Origin: a virus
Direction: 5' to 3' (one strand)
Length of the DNA: 64,000 nt
Virus record (IMG/VR): IMGVR_UViG_3300035698_006513
Below, one piece after another: positions 1-8,459 of this stretch. Numbering within the stretch: the first letter of the stretch is position 1; each line of letters opens with the position of its first letter. The position numbers and the translations under genes are program-made. The notes beneath the pieces were generated by a model that saw only the letters and a list, made by a program, of their open reading frames with translations, ran no database searches and was not told the DNA's origin.

Positions 1-228
1 GAGGGGTAATCGCACACGATGCCTTACACCTTTGGGACACTCCGATAAAGAACGGGGTTGATCTCATGGCGTTCAAACCTACACGGATGAGGATACACAA
101 AAAAGAAGGGGTGTGCATAAAACCTTATCATAAGCTGAAAGCAGAGGCACAAGTTCCATTCATTATATTAACTGATGGAAATAAGCGTGCGGAGAAAACC
201 GCTTATGGGGTGGGTACACACAGTGACG

Positions 229-636
229 TTAGTTATCTCCACGGGACGTGGGTGTTCCATCCCACTGCGTTACCTCTTCAAGTGCGAAACGATCCTCAGC
301 AGATAGTTCCTCTTCTAACGCGTCAGCATCAGTCGTAATACTGATACCTAGTATAGCTACTCCTGCATGTTGCGCGGCTTCGACATTATCAGCAATATCT
401 GACATGCTGATAATTTCTTTGTCCACTAACGCACGCAACGCAGCTATAGCTAGTACGTTAGTGTCAGAGTTTAAAGAAATAACACGCAGTAACTCCTGAA
501 TGGAGGTTTGAAACGCAGCAAGTGTCTCATCCTTCCATTCAGAGTAAGCCTGCGTTTTATTAGGTATTGTAGTAATATACGGCTCAGAATCTACATCTAC
601 AATATCAGCAGGTAGGGGTGGTAGTTCTAGCAACAT
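229..636 (-). CDS. hypothetical acidic protein
   Basis: 135-aa ORF with AAGGAG RBS, in a packed minus-strand operon. Confidence 0.7.
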   Translation of the reverse strand: MLLELPPLPADIVDVDSEPYITTIPNKTQAYSEWKDETLAAFQTSIQELLRVISLNSDTNVLAIAALRALVDKEIISMSDIADNVEAAQHAGVAILGISITTDADALEEELSAEDRFALEEVTQWDGTPTSRGDN

Positions 637-645
637 ATCATCTCC

Positions 646-894
646 TTACAAAGGTTCTTGCATAAGATCATCAAGCTCTTGCTCAACCGTATCTATTCTT
701 GTACGTAAACTGCCTAGAAACTCTTCAATAGTATCAGTGGACACGACGCCTTTTTGTTCCTCTACCCAAATAACATTATCGGGGGATTCTCCCTCTACGG
801 GGATAAACGGGTCCAGTAGCTCGATAACAGTGAGCATAAGTTGCCGTTTCTCTGACAGTAACGTATACCTCTCTAACGCCTCGCGGAATTCCAT
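646..894 (-). CDS. hypothetical helical/coiled-coil protein
   Basis: 82-aa ORF whose start overlaps the upstream stop. Confidence 0.7.
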   Translation of the reverse strand: MEFREALERYTLLSEKRQLMLTVIELLDPFIPVEGESPDNVIWVEEQKGVVSTDTIEEFLGSLRTRIDTVEQELDDLMQEPL

Positions 895-1565
895 TAGCCT
901 AAAAACTCCTTCAGACGCTTATCAATGTCCTGCCCATGCATCGTATCTTCTATGATTCGCCACCAAGGGTACACAACTCTCTCGTACTCTCGCATCTCGA
1001 ACTCACGAAACTCGTCCATGTGCTGAGCTTCGGAAAGAATACGTATGTCTCTTTTGTGCCATAGGGATACTATGTCACACTCACCCTTGAGACACTGCAT
1101 CAGTTGTATAATGAGGCTACGAATCTCCCACATCTCTCTCCGGAAAGGACCCAAAGCAGTGACTGTGTTTTCTCGTAGACAAGTTTTCATACAGTGTGGG
1201 CAGTTTACAATGTCACCACTAAAGTATTGAGCAGAGAACGGCTTATAACATTGGGGATGGGCACAGAAGTGCATAGACACATCCCCTTCTCCAGATAAGC
1301 GCTTACCACTTTCCCATACACGTATCTTTGCGTGAGTAACATGTCTCGTGGATCGCGTAGAACCAAACGTGATTTCGATACGAAAGGGTGCCATTTTGTG
1401 TTTGGCTTTATCCGCAGCTCTACTATCACTGTCCTCTTTTAGGATACGATCTCGCTGTTCTCTAGAGAACCTCAAGTCCTTTGGAAGACCGTCAACTACT
1501 TTCTGTAGTGCTTTCTTAGTACTCAGCTCCTCCCTAGAAGGAGGTTTAGAGAAAGAGAAGTTCAT
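894..1565 (-). CDS. Zn-ribbon-containing hypothetical protein
   Basis: CAHPQC...CPHC cysteine pairs; start moved to ATG 1565, which follows an AGGAGG RBS. Confidence 0.65.
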   Translation of the reverse strand: MNFSFSKPPSREELSTKKALQKVVDGLPKDLRFSREQRDRILKEDSDSRAADKAKHKMAPFRIEITFGSTRSTRHVTHAKIRVWESGKRLSGEGDVSMHFCAHPQCYKPFSAQYFSGDIVNCPHCMKTCLRENTVTALGPFRREMWEIRSLIIQLMQCLKGECDIVSLWHKRDIRILSEAQHMDEFREFEMREYERVVYPWWRIIEDTMHGQDIDKRLKEFLG

Positions 1566-1566
1566 A

Positions 1567-2097
1567 TCATCCTCCTGACGAACTTGAGTACGCACCCCGC
1601 ATACCACGCTCACCATCTGGGGTACCAGCGCCGGATTGGGGTACATTACGTGGACCAGATAAAACTGCGTTTCCTTGGCCATCGTTCACGTAAAAAAATG
1701 CAGTGTCTACTTGGTCAGACGCACTCTCATACACAGATAAGTCCAACGCTTCAAATATCCTAGATGCATCATCGTTGTTACGAATTGAACCTGCAATAGT
1801 ATATCCCTGCACCAGCTTACTAGGCATGGATCCTTCAGCAGGCTTTAACCTGTAGGTACGACTGCAATGTATGCGCATACTGTCCGGCCAATCTTGCGTA
1901 GCCATCAATAAACGCAGAAACACGTCTAATATGAGTTGCCTATTGGCAGGACCTGCTCCGAAAACTCTGAAACTTGCGGGTCCTGTAACGGTACCATCAC
2001 CCTCCATCTCCATGACACGCATAACACGGTATCTCTGTAGTAGATCTCGTACAGCGTCTACTAGACGAGGTTGTGCTTCATTATTTTGTGTAGTCAT
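1567..2097 (-). CDS. hypothetical protein
   Basis: 176-aa ORF coupled to its neighbours. Confidence 0.65.
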   Translation of the reverse strand: MTTQNNEAQPRLVDAVRDLLQRYRVMRVMEMEGDGTVTGPASFRVFGAGPANRQLILDVFLRLLMATQDWPDSMRIHCSRTYRLKPAEGSMPSKLVQGYTIAGSIRNNDDASRIFEALDLSVYESASDQVDTAFFYVNDGQGNAVLSGPRNVPQSGAGTPDGERGMRGAYSSSSGG

Positions 2098-2360
2098 TTA
2101 CCTTTCACCATCAATTTAAACTCCCCGTCGTTAAAACTAGCCCGCGCATAAAACTCTTCGGGTACGTTCAAAACGGCGCGAAATGTTTGTGTTTTAGCTT
2201 GTACTGCCAATATAGGTTCATTTTTAGCCACAGGTACGCAAAACTCGCAGTAATGCTTACCTTCTATCAGCTCTAGTGCAGAGTCCTTACAAGGACTTCC
2301 ACACATTGAACACGAATTGACTTCTACTACGTCAGCTACAGGAGTTTCTGTGGAACACAT
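2094..2360 (-). CDS. small Zn-finger protein
   Basis: CSMC...CEFC motif; ATGA overlap with the next gene. Confidence 0.65.
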   Translation of the reverse strand: MCSTETPVADVVEVNSCSMCGSPCKDSALELIEGKHYCEFCVPVAKNEPILAVQAKTQTFRAVLNVPEEFYARASFNDGEFKLMVKGK

Positions 2361-2839
2361 TGTCTCACCCTAATACAATAAGATTTAGTGATCCCTGAGA
2401 TAGGTGCATAAGGAGATTTAGACCCGGTCACAATAATAATATCATCCGGATAGGTCTTTAGCTCACCCACACGTAATCCAAAGAACACAGGAGATACAGG
2501 CAACCCCACACCAGAGAAGAACGTAGTTACCTTGCCTACTAAAATATAAGTAGGATGCAGCCCTTCTGCTATCAGTTTGGATACCTGTGCGTGCAGACCA
2601 ACCAACATAGAGGAGTAACTCCCGCTAACCTCCTCTATGTCGCCAGTCTTAGCCATTTCTTCTACGGAAGAAGTGTATGTGTCTAGTTCCGCGCCCGGTT
2701 GTACTGACTCCTCTATCACAATGAGGTCACCCTCTACATCAAACAGTACAGACTTAGTGTCCTCACAGAACAACTCCCTATGATGGGCGGATATTTCTGT
2801 AGGAGGTATCATACCAAAACGCTTTACTACAGTACTCAT
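2336..2839 (-). CDS. hypothetical protein
   Basis: 167-aa ORF in operon. Confidence 0.65.
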   Translation of the reverse strand: MSTVVKRFGMIPPTEISAHHRELFCEDTKSVLFDVEGDLIVIEESVQPGAELDTYTSSVEEMAKTGDIEEVSGSYSSMLVGLHAQVSKLIAEGLHPTYILVGKVTTFFSGVGLPVSPVFFGLRVGELKTYPDDIIIVTGSKSPYAPISGITKSYCIRVRQCVPQKLL

Positions 2840-2842
2840 AAG

Positions 2843-3151
2843 TTAATCTTCCTGTAATTCTACACCAAAGATGTCGCCCTCGTGGAATATCCAATACTCC
2901 AGCCCGTCTTTGTCGTGAGATCGTACCAGATTAATAAGGTTTACGCTCTCAATAAGAGCGATTGACCCTACTACGAGAAACTCATCTCTAACATCAGGGC
3001 CGATAGATACAACATTCATGGGAATCGTAGTATTTATTGTAGACTGCTGTTCCGCATAAACATTGAGAATTGGGCTGATGTCGCGAATAGGTGCGCGAGT
3101 ACAGAGTACTCTATCCTTTATCGGACGTATCCACGGTTGTGGGTTTGTCAC
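2843..3151 (-). CDS. groES: GroES/Cpn10-like co-chaperonin
   Basis: IRPIKDRVL...VVSIGPDV...VGSIAL...IFHEGDIFGVE matches the GroES pattern (IRPLHDRVI...VLAVG...VGDIV...IMSESDILAIVE); GTG 3151 follows AAGGAG and gives 102 aa. Confidence 0.75.
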   Translation of the reverse strand: MTNPQPWIRPIKDRVLCTRAPIRDISPILNVYAEQQSTINTTIPMNVVSIGPDVRDEFLVVGSIALIESVNLINLVRSHDKDGLEYWIFHEGDIFGVELQED

Positions 3152-3524
3152 GTTTTGGTCTCCTTTGTCTCTTTTTCTTTGGAGCTGAGGATGCCTCCAC
3201 CAACGCAACGACGCCGGTGCGGTATGACAGAGCATAGTCAGACTCTCCGGATCCTTCGTAGTAGAAGACATATCCGTCATCTCCAAATTTAGCCATCTGC
3301 ACTAATGACACTAAAGTACCGTCGACAGTGAATAAGAAGCTCTTACCGACGCCTTCTACATTTGGGATAGTAGACTGCCCCGCTACAAAGTCTGCCTCAG
3401 ACATAATCTGAGGCAGTAGTAGCTGCTTGCGCTCAGACTCCAACCGTGTGAGGTCTGCTGCGGATACTTCGTCAAACTCTACGCCCTTATGATACATCTT
3501 TGGTATCCTCAGAGCCCATGACAT
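3111..3524 (-). CDS. hypothetical protein with basic C-terminus
   Basis: 137-aa ORF; start uncertain. Confidence 0.6.
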   Translation of the reverse strand: MSWALRIPKMYHKGVEFDEVSAADLTRLESERKQLLLPQIMSEADFVAGQSTIPNVEGVGKSFLFTVDGTLVSLVQMAKFGDDGYVFYYEGSGESDYALSYRTGVVALVEASSAPKKKRQRRPKRDKPTTVDTSDKG

Positions 3525-3813
3525 AGAGCTCTACGTTGCCAGCTGTCAGTATAAATCTCATATTAGCAGGCGTATCATCAGGTTGAGGTAGCGATAGTTG
3601 TAGTACCCAACCGTCCGAGCCTTTTTTATATGCCTGCACCATACCCATAGCCGTATCATTAAGTAGCACGTACGTTTTATCCTGCTCAGGGTCTCTGCCG
3701 TACAGAAAATCAGCACTTTCCACTATTTCATGGAAGTTACTAGGATGCTGATTTTCGATGTGTTCCTTTATTCCCACAACAGTGGAACTTTCGCACGCTA
3801 TTTTTGTACTCAT
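3487..3813 (-). CDS. hypothetical protein
   Basis: 108-aa ORF with ATGA coupling. Confidence 0.65.
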   Translation of the reverse strand: MSTKIACESSTVVGIKEHIENQHPSNFHEIVESADFLYGRDPEQDKTYVLLNDTAMGMVQAYKKGSDGWVLQLSLPQPDDTPANMRFILTAGNVELYVMGSEDTKDVS

Positions 3814-4181
3814 GATGCTTCTTCTAACCCCAGGGCTAACTCAACGTTGTCGTTAATGTGAGTTTCGGGTGTAGGGGCGATCTCTTCCGTAGGATACATA
3901 CGTGTTCCTGGCTCAGGAAGAACCTCGCCATTTCTGCTACGGTACGCGAGGAAGTCTTTACGAAACTTATCTGAGGGTGCAGCTGGTGACGCGTTCTCTC
4001 TAGTTAAGCACATCAACCGCATAGGCTTCTGGCCAGAGTCAGTGTACCAAATGAGGTAACTGTGCGTTTCTTTTTGACCACGACCGTTATCCTCAGTAAC
4101 GTTTACGAACCAGGTTTCGGCAGAGACCATACCTTGGATACCGTAAGGAGTATTCTCTTCGGATCTAATATCTTCGGACAT
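3810..4181 (-). CDS. hypothetical protein
   Basis: 123-aa ORF in operon. Confidence 0.65.
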   Translation of the reverse strand: MSEDIRSEENTPYGIQGMVSAETWFVNVTEDNGRGQKETHSYLIWYTDSGQKPMRLMCLTRENASPAAPSDKFRKDFLAYRSRNGEVLPEPGTRMYPTEEIAPTPETHINDNVELALGLEEAS

Positions 4182-4184
4182 ATC

Positions 4185-4577
4185 TTATTCTTCCTTTCTA
4201 ACTGTTCTGGTTACATATGGCCCATATCTAGATATACCTAACTCTAGTATTAAGCCGTTTTCTAATTCTAGCGCTTGTATACCGTCCCCCTGCATCTGAA
4301 CTCTGGAGATACGGTAAGTACACAACATAGCCGCAATCGCTTCCGGTGGGAGTCTTTCGTCTATACTTTCTCCGCCTTTACACACAGCGTAATACTTGTC
4401 AGGAGTTACTGTTCTAGCTGGCAGTGTTGGTGTTTCCTGTAACCACGAAGTTTCTCCCGGGCATCTGGGGCATGGGTACAGTTTAGACAGCTCCATATAC
4501 AACACAGGCGTAACTTCACCTATTACATGTAGCAATAATCCGCATGTGTCACATGTGCTGTATATATCTATATGCAT
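4185..4577 (-). CDS. Zn-ribbon protein
   Basis: CDTC...CPRC motif. Confidence 0.65.
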   Translation of the reverse strand: MHIDIYSTCDTCGLLLHVIGEVTPVLYMELSKLYPCPRCPGETSWLQETPTLPARTVTPDKYYAVCKGGESIDERLPPEAIAAMLCTYRISRVQMQGDGIQALELENGLILELGISRYGPYVTRTVRKEE

Positions 4578-4579
4578 AC

Positions 4580-5149
4580 TTATACAGAGCTCACACCATC
4601 TTCATCCGCATCAGCAGATGTAGGTGCTTTGGGTATGCTAGGGAATGCGGGTCTAAATGCAGCAGGACTATGTGACTGCACACTAACCACTTCTTTTTTT
4701 ACTGTCTCGTACAGCAAGCTAATACTCTGCTCACTCATTTCCTCCAGCTTAATTCCCTGCTTCGCTGTGCGTTCCTGCATGATATTTATAACAATGTTAT
4801 CCAGCGCAGACAACTCAGGTGCATCCGTGTCTGCTGGAGGCTCTACTATAGCGGCTGCAGATTGTGTGGCAATTTGTTGCTGTGCTAGTGCTGCCTCTTG
4901 GAGCATACCATCCAGGTTTTTCTCACCAACATCGTATGGAGTATCTGGTCCTACCGGAGGTATAGATACAGATACTGGAACAGGAGCTTGCGCTCTTGCT
5001 TGAACAGGTGCGTTTAGATTAGACAGTACTGTGAACGTCTCCTCGGAGATAGGGACAGTGTGCTCAGTACCCCCAGACAGAACCACTAATGTCGTACGCT
5101 CTTCATTTGTACCGATTGCTGTGAATTTACCGAATCCTAATATACGCAT
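4580..5149 (-). CDS. hypothetical protein
   Basis: 189-aa ORF with GAGGA RBS. Confidence 0.65.
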   Translation of the reverse strand: MRILGFGKFTAIGTNEERTTLVVLSGGTEHTVPISEETFTVLSNLNAPVQARAQAPVPVSVSIPPVGPDTPYDVGEKNLDGMLQEAALAQQQIATQSAAAIVEPPADTDAPELSALDNIVINIMQERTAKQGIKLEEMSEQSISLLYETVKKEVVSVQSHSPAAFRPAFPSIPKAPTSADADEDGVSSV

Positions 5150-5169
5150 TGCGTAATTCCTCTTATAAG

Positions 5170-5727
5170 TTAGAAGCCTAGTACAAGATTAGGTATTCCT
5201 ATACAAGGGACACAATGTACGCCTTGAGTAGTGACTTCAGGCTGTTTATGACATATACACAATTCACCTTCGTCTAGAATCCCCCCAGTATCTCCATTTA
5301 TAACGCGGAACACCTCACCAACCTCAACATCCATAAAGGATTTTGGTGCTTTAAATGCACCTGCTGTCCACACTTGTACTTTTTTGAAGTTCCTAATCGT
5401 ACTTTCAAGTTTCTGGGGCTTGCGTACTTCTTCTCCTTCTTGTACTACGCGGACAAAGTTAGTATGGGCTCCTACTTCCCTGTACTCAAGGAGGATAGAT
5501 CTGTCGCTACGCTCTTTTGTGTTTAACTCTTCCAATACATCTGCGGTAATTGTCTCGTACTCCACCCCTGTAGGGATAGCAGCGCGGGACATGTTAACTG
5601 CGGATACGTAGAGTCTCGTACCATCTCGCCATAAACTCTCTCCTGTGCACACTTCAACAAAGAATTCCATAAAACTGCTCCTACCATATTTAGGTCCGTC
5701 TAAGGGTAATCCATCAGCAGACATCAT
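5170..5727 (-). CDS. hypothetical protein
   Basis: 185-aa ORF with ATGA coupling. Confidence 0.65.
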   Translation of the reverse strand: MMSADGLPLDGPKYGRSSFMEFFVEVCTGESLWRDGTRLYVSAVNMSRAAIPTGVEYETITADVLEELNTKERSDRSILLEYREVGAHTNFVRVVQEGEEVRKPQKLESTIRNFKKVQVWTAGAFKAPKSFMDVEVGEVFRVINGDTGGILDEGELCICHKQPEVTTQGVHCVPCIGIPNLVLGF

Positions 5728-6227
5728 TTATCTCCTGCAACAGGGGTCACGTATGGGAGATTATGCGTATTAGCAAGATACTCAGGTACCTCTATAACAA
5801 GATTCTCCCACGCACCTTCTTCTTGACTAATAGAGTCTATATGTACTACGCGGTACGATCCTCTCTGTAGGGATATTTTGCGTCTACTGAAATAAGCAGT
5901 ATCGGCTCCACGGGTCTCTATGTATAATTTAGAGCAAGTAACGCGTACAAACGCTGCCTCATCGCCGCCACCAGATAGATCTAATGGAATGTTGACGTCA
6001 TCCAACTCAGGCTGATACGTCGACGAAGACTTGCTTTCTTTCTTTATGACTATTTCCGCGGGATCGGACTTAACATACTCAACAACTTCATTGACATCAA
6101 ATCTAATCTTAGACCCAACTCGGAAGAAGGGGTAACCATACGTCTGTACGCATCTATCCAGGGTACGAACTGAGATGCCAAGTATCCCGGACATTCCCTT
6201 ACGGTCCACTATATGTAAACCACTCAT
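5724..6227 (-). CDS. excisionase/MerR-type (HTH_17-like) DNA-binding protein
   Basis: N-terminal MSGILGISVRTLDRCV...YPFFRVGSKIRFDVNEV is a winged-HTH pattern. Confidence 0.7.
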   Translation of the reverse strand: MSGLHIVDRKGMSGILGISVRTLDRCVQTYGYPFFRVGSKIRFDVNEVVEYVKSDPAEIVIKKESKSSSTYQPELDDVNIPLDLSGGGDEAAFVRVTCSKLYIETRGADTAYFSRRKISLQRGSYRVVHIDSISQEEGAWENLVIEVPEYLANTHNLPYVTPVAGDK

Positions 6228-6239
6228 ATCAACCTCACG

Positions 6240-6262
6240 TTTGGCAAAGCCACTTTGCCAAA
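6240..6262. promoter_or_regulatory. palindrome upstream of HTH gene (candidate operator)
   Basis: TTTGGCAAAG-CCA-CTTTGCCAAA, a perfect 10-bp inverted repeat 13 nt upstream of the start codon. Confidence 0.45.
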
Positions 6263-6352
6263 ATTCTTCGCTTTTGGGTCAGCTACTACAATTAAAATAT
6301 TATATCGGGGGGAGTGACGTCATATACCCGCACCTCTGAATATTGCACGGTA

Positions 6353-6742
6353 CTACTCTGCCTCGAGGAAGTCTGTATGCAACTCACTGATAATAATGGG
6401 GGGGGTATTGGATCGATGGTCGTCGTATACTAGGCGTATATTACCTTTGGGTATACGTTCTTCATAAAAAATGTTTGCGCCTAGGAGTGTGTCATGTACC
6501 CATTTTCCTTCGCGGTACAACTCTTCTAAGACTAATTCAGATAGCTCATCCACATCCCACGACAGCATGTGCCTAGCTAAGGCTTCTGGGCTGTGTGCCG
6601 CAAATAAAACATGCTCCCTGATTCCCTGTTCCAGTGTAGGGTTCAATGATATTAGCTCAAGTGCAACTCCGTGCAGCGCTACTACATCCGCTTTCTTAGC
6701 AAATGTCTCACCATTTCCCTTACGGTTGATAATAAGACTCAT
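6353..6742 (-). CDS. hypothetical protein
   Basis: 129-aa ORF with AAGGA RBS. Confidence 0.6.
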   Translation of the reverse strand: MSLIINRKGNGETFAKKADVVALHGVALELISLNPTLEQGIREHVLFAAHSPEALARHMLSWDVDELSELVLEELYREGKWVHDTLLGANIFYEERIPKGNIRLVYDDHRSNTPPIIISELHTDFLEAE

Positions 6743-6772
6743 AGTAATTCTTCCTTGTGTATTAGAGGTTAA

Positions 6773-7267
6773 TTATTTAGGGGTTGTATGAATGGTATAG
6801 GTAAAAAAGGAGGGTGTAAATAAGAAACGGGGTGAGCACTTATCATAATCATCAAAGTGCTCGGTGTACCAGGCTCGAGAAAAGTTATTAGATGCCCTAG
6901 TGCTGACGCAGACCCTTTTTCTGCAGCTGTCCTTAGGGCAGCTGGTGTTCGATGATTCCGTGTAGGGCGTAACTTTAGGTTTATTTGCCTGGTACGGGCA
7001 ATACCTGCGCACTGTGAACTTTGTGCGCTCCTCTCTAGGTTTTATAATCTTGTCTTTACCCTTAAGATCTAATGTGTAGGCGTAATGTCGCCAATAAGGG
7101 GCTAAATCTAATATATTCGTCTGCGGTACCTTCACTACCTTTGGTATGGACGCACCAACAAGTATACTGTGAAAATCGATTACTAAAGCCACCGATAATG
7201 TAAATGATACCAGCACGAATAAACATGCGTGGAAGTCAGTCATAGGTTTTCGGGGTTCCAGTTTCAT
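6773..7267 (-). CDS. membrane-anchored basic protein
   Basis: N-terminal hydrophobic helix and Cys-containing basic C-terminal domain; ATG 7267 follows AAGGAG. Confidence 0.55.
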   Translation of the reverse strand: MKLEPRKPMTDFHACLFVLVSFTLSVALVIDFHSILVGASIPKVVKVPQTNILDLAPYWRHYAYTLDLKGKDKIIKPREERTKFTVRRYCPYQANKPKVTPYTESSNTSCPKDSCRKRVCVSTRASNNFSRAWYTEHFDDYDKCSPRFLFTPSFFTYTIHTTPK

Positions 7268-7577
7268 TAGATTTAGCTCCTTATTGAGGACACTAATATA
7301 AATGTTGTGCAAAGGGTGAGTTGAGGACTGCTTCTTTCCTCACCACGGCAAGTATCCCAGTGCGATTCTGAGTCTGGTCCGCCGCACAACACTATACGGG
7401 AGTGCAAATCCCGTCAACAGCCCAAACCTAGAGGGAATAAGGGCTGGGTTTTTAGTAAGACAATCCCAAGTTTTGACTACTGACACAGCAAAAACTTTAG
7501 TTTATAGGGGGATAATCCCACAAACATAGGAGTGCCCAGTTTCATGTACGAAGCTGATTAGGGGGATGACTCGTACA

Positions 7578-7657
7578 TGGTGGATACGACAGGAATTGAA
7601 CCTGTGACCGACTATGACCAACTGACCATAGCTGCTCACCAATTGAGCTACGTGCCC
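7578..7657 (-). tRNA. tRNA-like gene with expanded anticodon arm (G3:U70, encoded CCA)
   Basis: GGGCACG-TA-GCTC AATTGGT GAGC-A-GCTATG GTCAGTTGGT CATAGT-CGGTC-ACAGG TTCAATT CCTGT-CGTATCC-A-CCA. Confidence 0.7.
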
Positions 7658-7667
7658 ATTAAGATGC

Positions 7668-7732
7668 GTGTCCCGTTTAGGGAATTGAGCCCTAACATAG
7701 TCCTGACTGCCACCACCCGTGTAATGAGGACA
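7668..7732 (-). pseudogene. degenerate tRNA-like element
   Basis: T-arm-like TAGGG CTCAATT CCCTA plus TGTCCT/GGGACA acceptor-like pairing; no clear D or anticodon arm. Confidence 0.3.
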
Positions 7733-7815
7733 GTGTAAGCAGACTACCTAGATAAAGCCTTCAGTATATAACGCTACACGGCGGTACATAAAGATGACTC
7801 ACCTCGGAACATAAG

Positions 7816-7889
7816 TTGCGGAAGCGGGATTTGAACCCACGACCTCGTGGTTATGAGCCACACGCGCTACCAGACTGCGCTATTCCGCA
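7816..7889 (-). tRNA. tRNA-Met(CAU), initiator-like
   Basis: Full cloverleaf with loop CTCATAA; body resembles bacterial tRNA-fMet; no encoded CCA. Confidence 0.9.
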
Positions 7890-7895
7890 AAAAAA

Positions 7896-7959
7896 CGTCT
7901 CGATATAGGATTTGAACCTACCTTCACCGGTATTCTAAGCCCGATTGAACTACCGAGAC
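7896..7959 (-). tRNA. 64-nt truncated tRNA-like gene
   Basis: Acceptor GTCTCGG/TCGAGAC and T-arm GTAGG TTCAAAT CCTAT intact; room for only one of the D and anticodon arms. Confidence 0.55.
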
Positions 7960-7969
7960 ATATAAAAAG

Positions 7970-8043
7970 TACCTAGGGTGGGAATCGAACCCACACTTTT
8001 AGGATTTTAAATCCTATACGTCTACCGCTTGCGTGACCTAGGT
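7970..8043 (-). tRNA. tRNA-Leu(UAA) with short variable loop
   Basis: ACCTAGG/CCTAGGT acceptor, Leu-type D region GCGGTAGACG, TAGGA TTTAAAA TCCTA anticodon arm, GTGGG TTCGATT CCCAC T-arm, A73. Confidence 0.85.
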
Positions 8044-8459
8044 GTGCGACGTGAGACATAACGTCGACTTTCCTTCAATCCGAAACTATAGTCTCGTAAG
8101 ATGGCGGACAAGGTCCATCAGTTTAAGTAAGCCCAATCCTAAATATGGTGCGCTGAGTTCGGCATACTCACCTTCAGCCTAGTAACACAGGCACGCATCA
8201 TTTCTTAAAAACTCTTATTCTATTACTCAGTGTATGTGTTGTTTATATACACTGGTGTAGTTAGGTGAATCCTGTTGTAAAGTTGGGGCGCATCGGGAAT
8301 ACTCCTTGTTCTGTCACAACTGGGGGCACTGCATGTCAAACTCAATATACGCGGTTAGGACAATCTTCCAAAAAGTCTAATCTGTCTACGAAATGACATG
8401 CGATGTCTACAAGATGACACACTGTGACTACTTGTGTCAACTATTTTTTGGATCTTTTT

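Noticed and set aside
5724-6227. Evidence of a prophage excision module
   Set aside because: Only an excisionase-type HTH is present, with no integrase or att site in the window.
7325-7453. Plus-strand T-loop-like ACGGGAGTGCAAATCCCGT resembling a tRNA/tmRNA 3' end or riboswitch
   Set aside because: No convincing acceptor stem, CCA, tag ORF or riboswitch core. CAGCCC pairs more simply with the downstream GGGCTG as a terminator-like hairpin.
8146-8200. Hammerhead ribozyme reading of the three-way junction
   Set aside because: CTGAAGG deviates from CUGANGA, and the required GAAA after stem II is missing.
8416-8428. 13-mer GACACACTGTGAC repeated at 31478-31490, both intergenic and near TTGACA boxes
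   Set aside because: A single 13-bp repeat is expected by chance many times in 64 kb. It is suggestive but insufficient without more copies.
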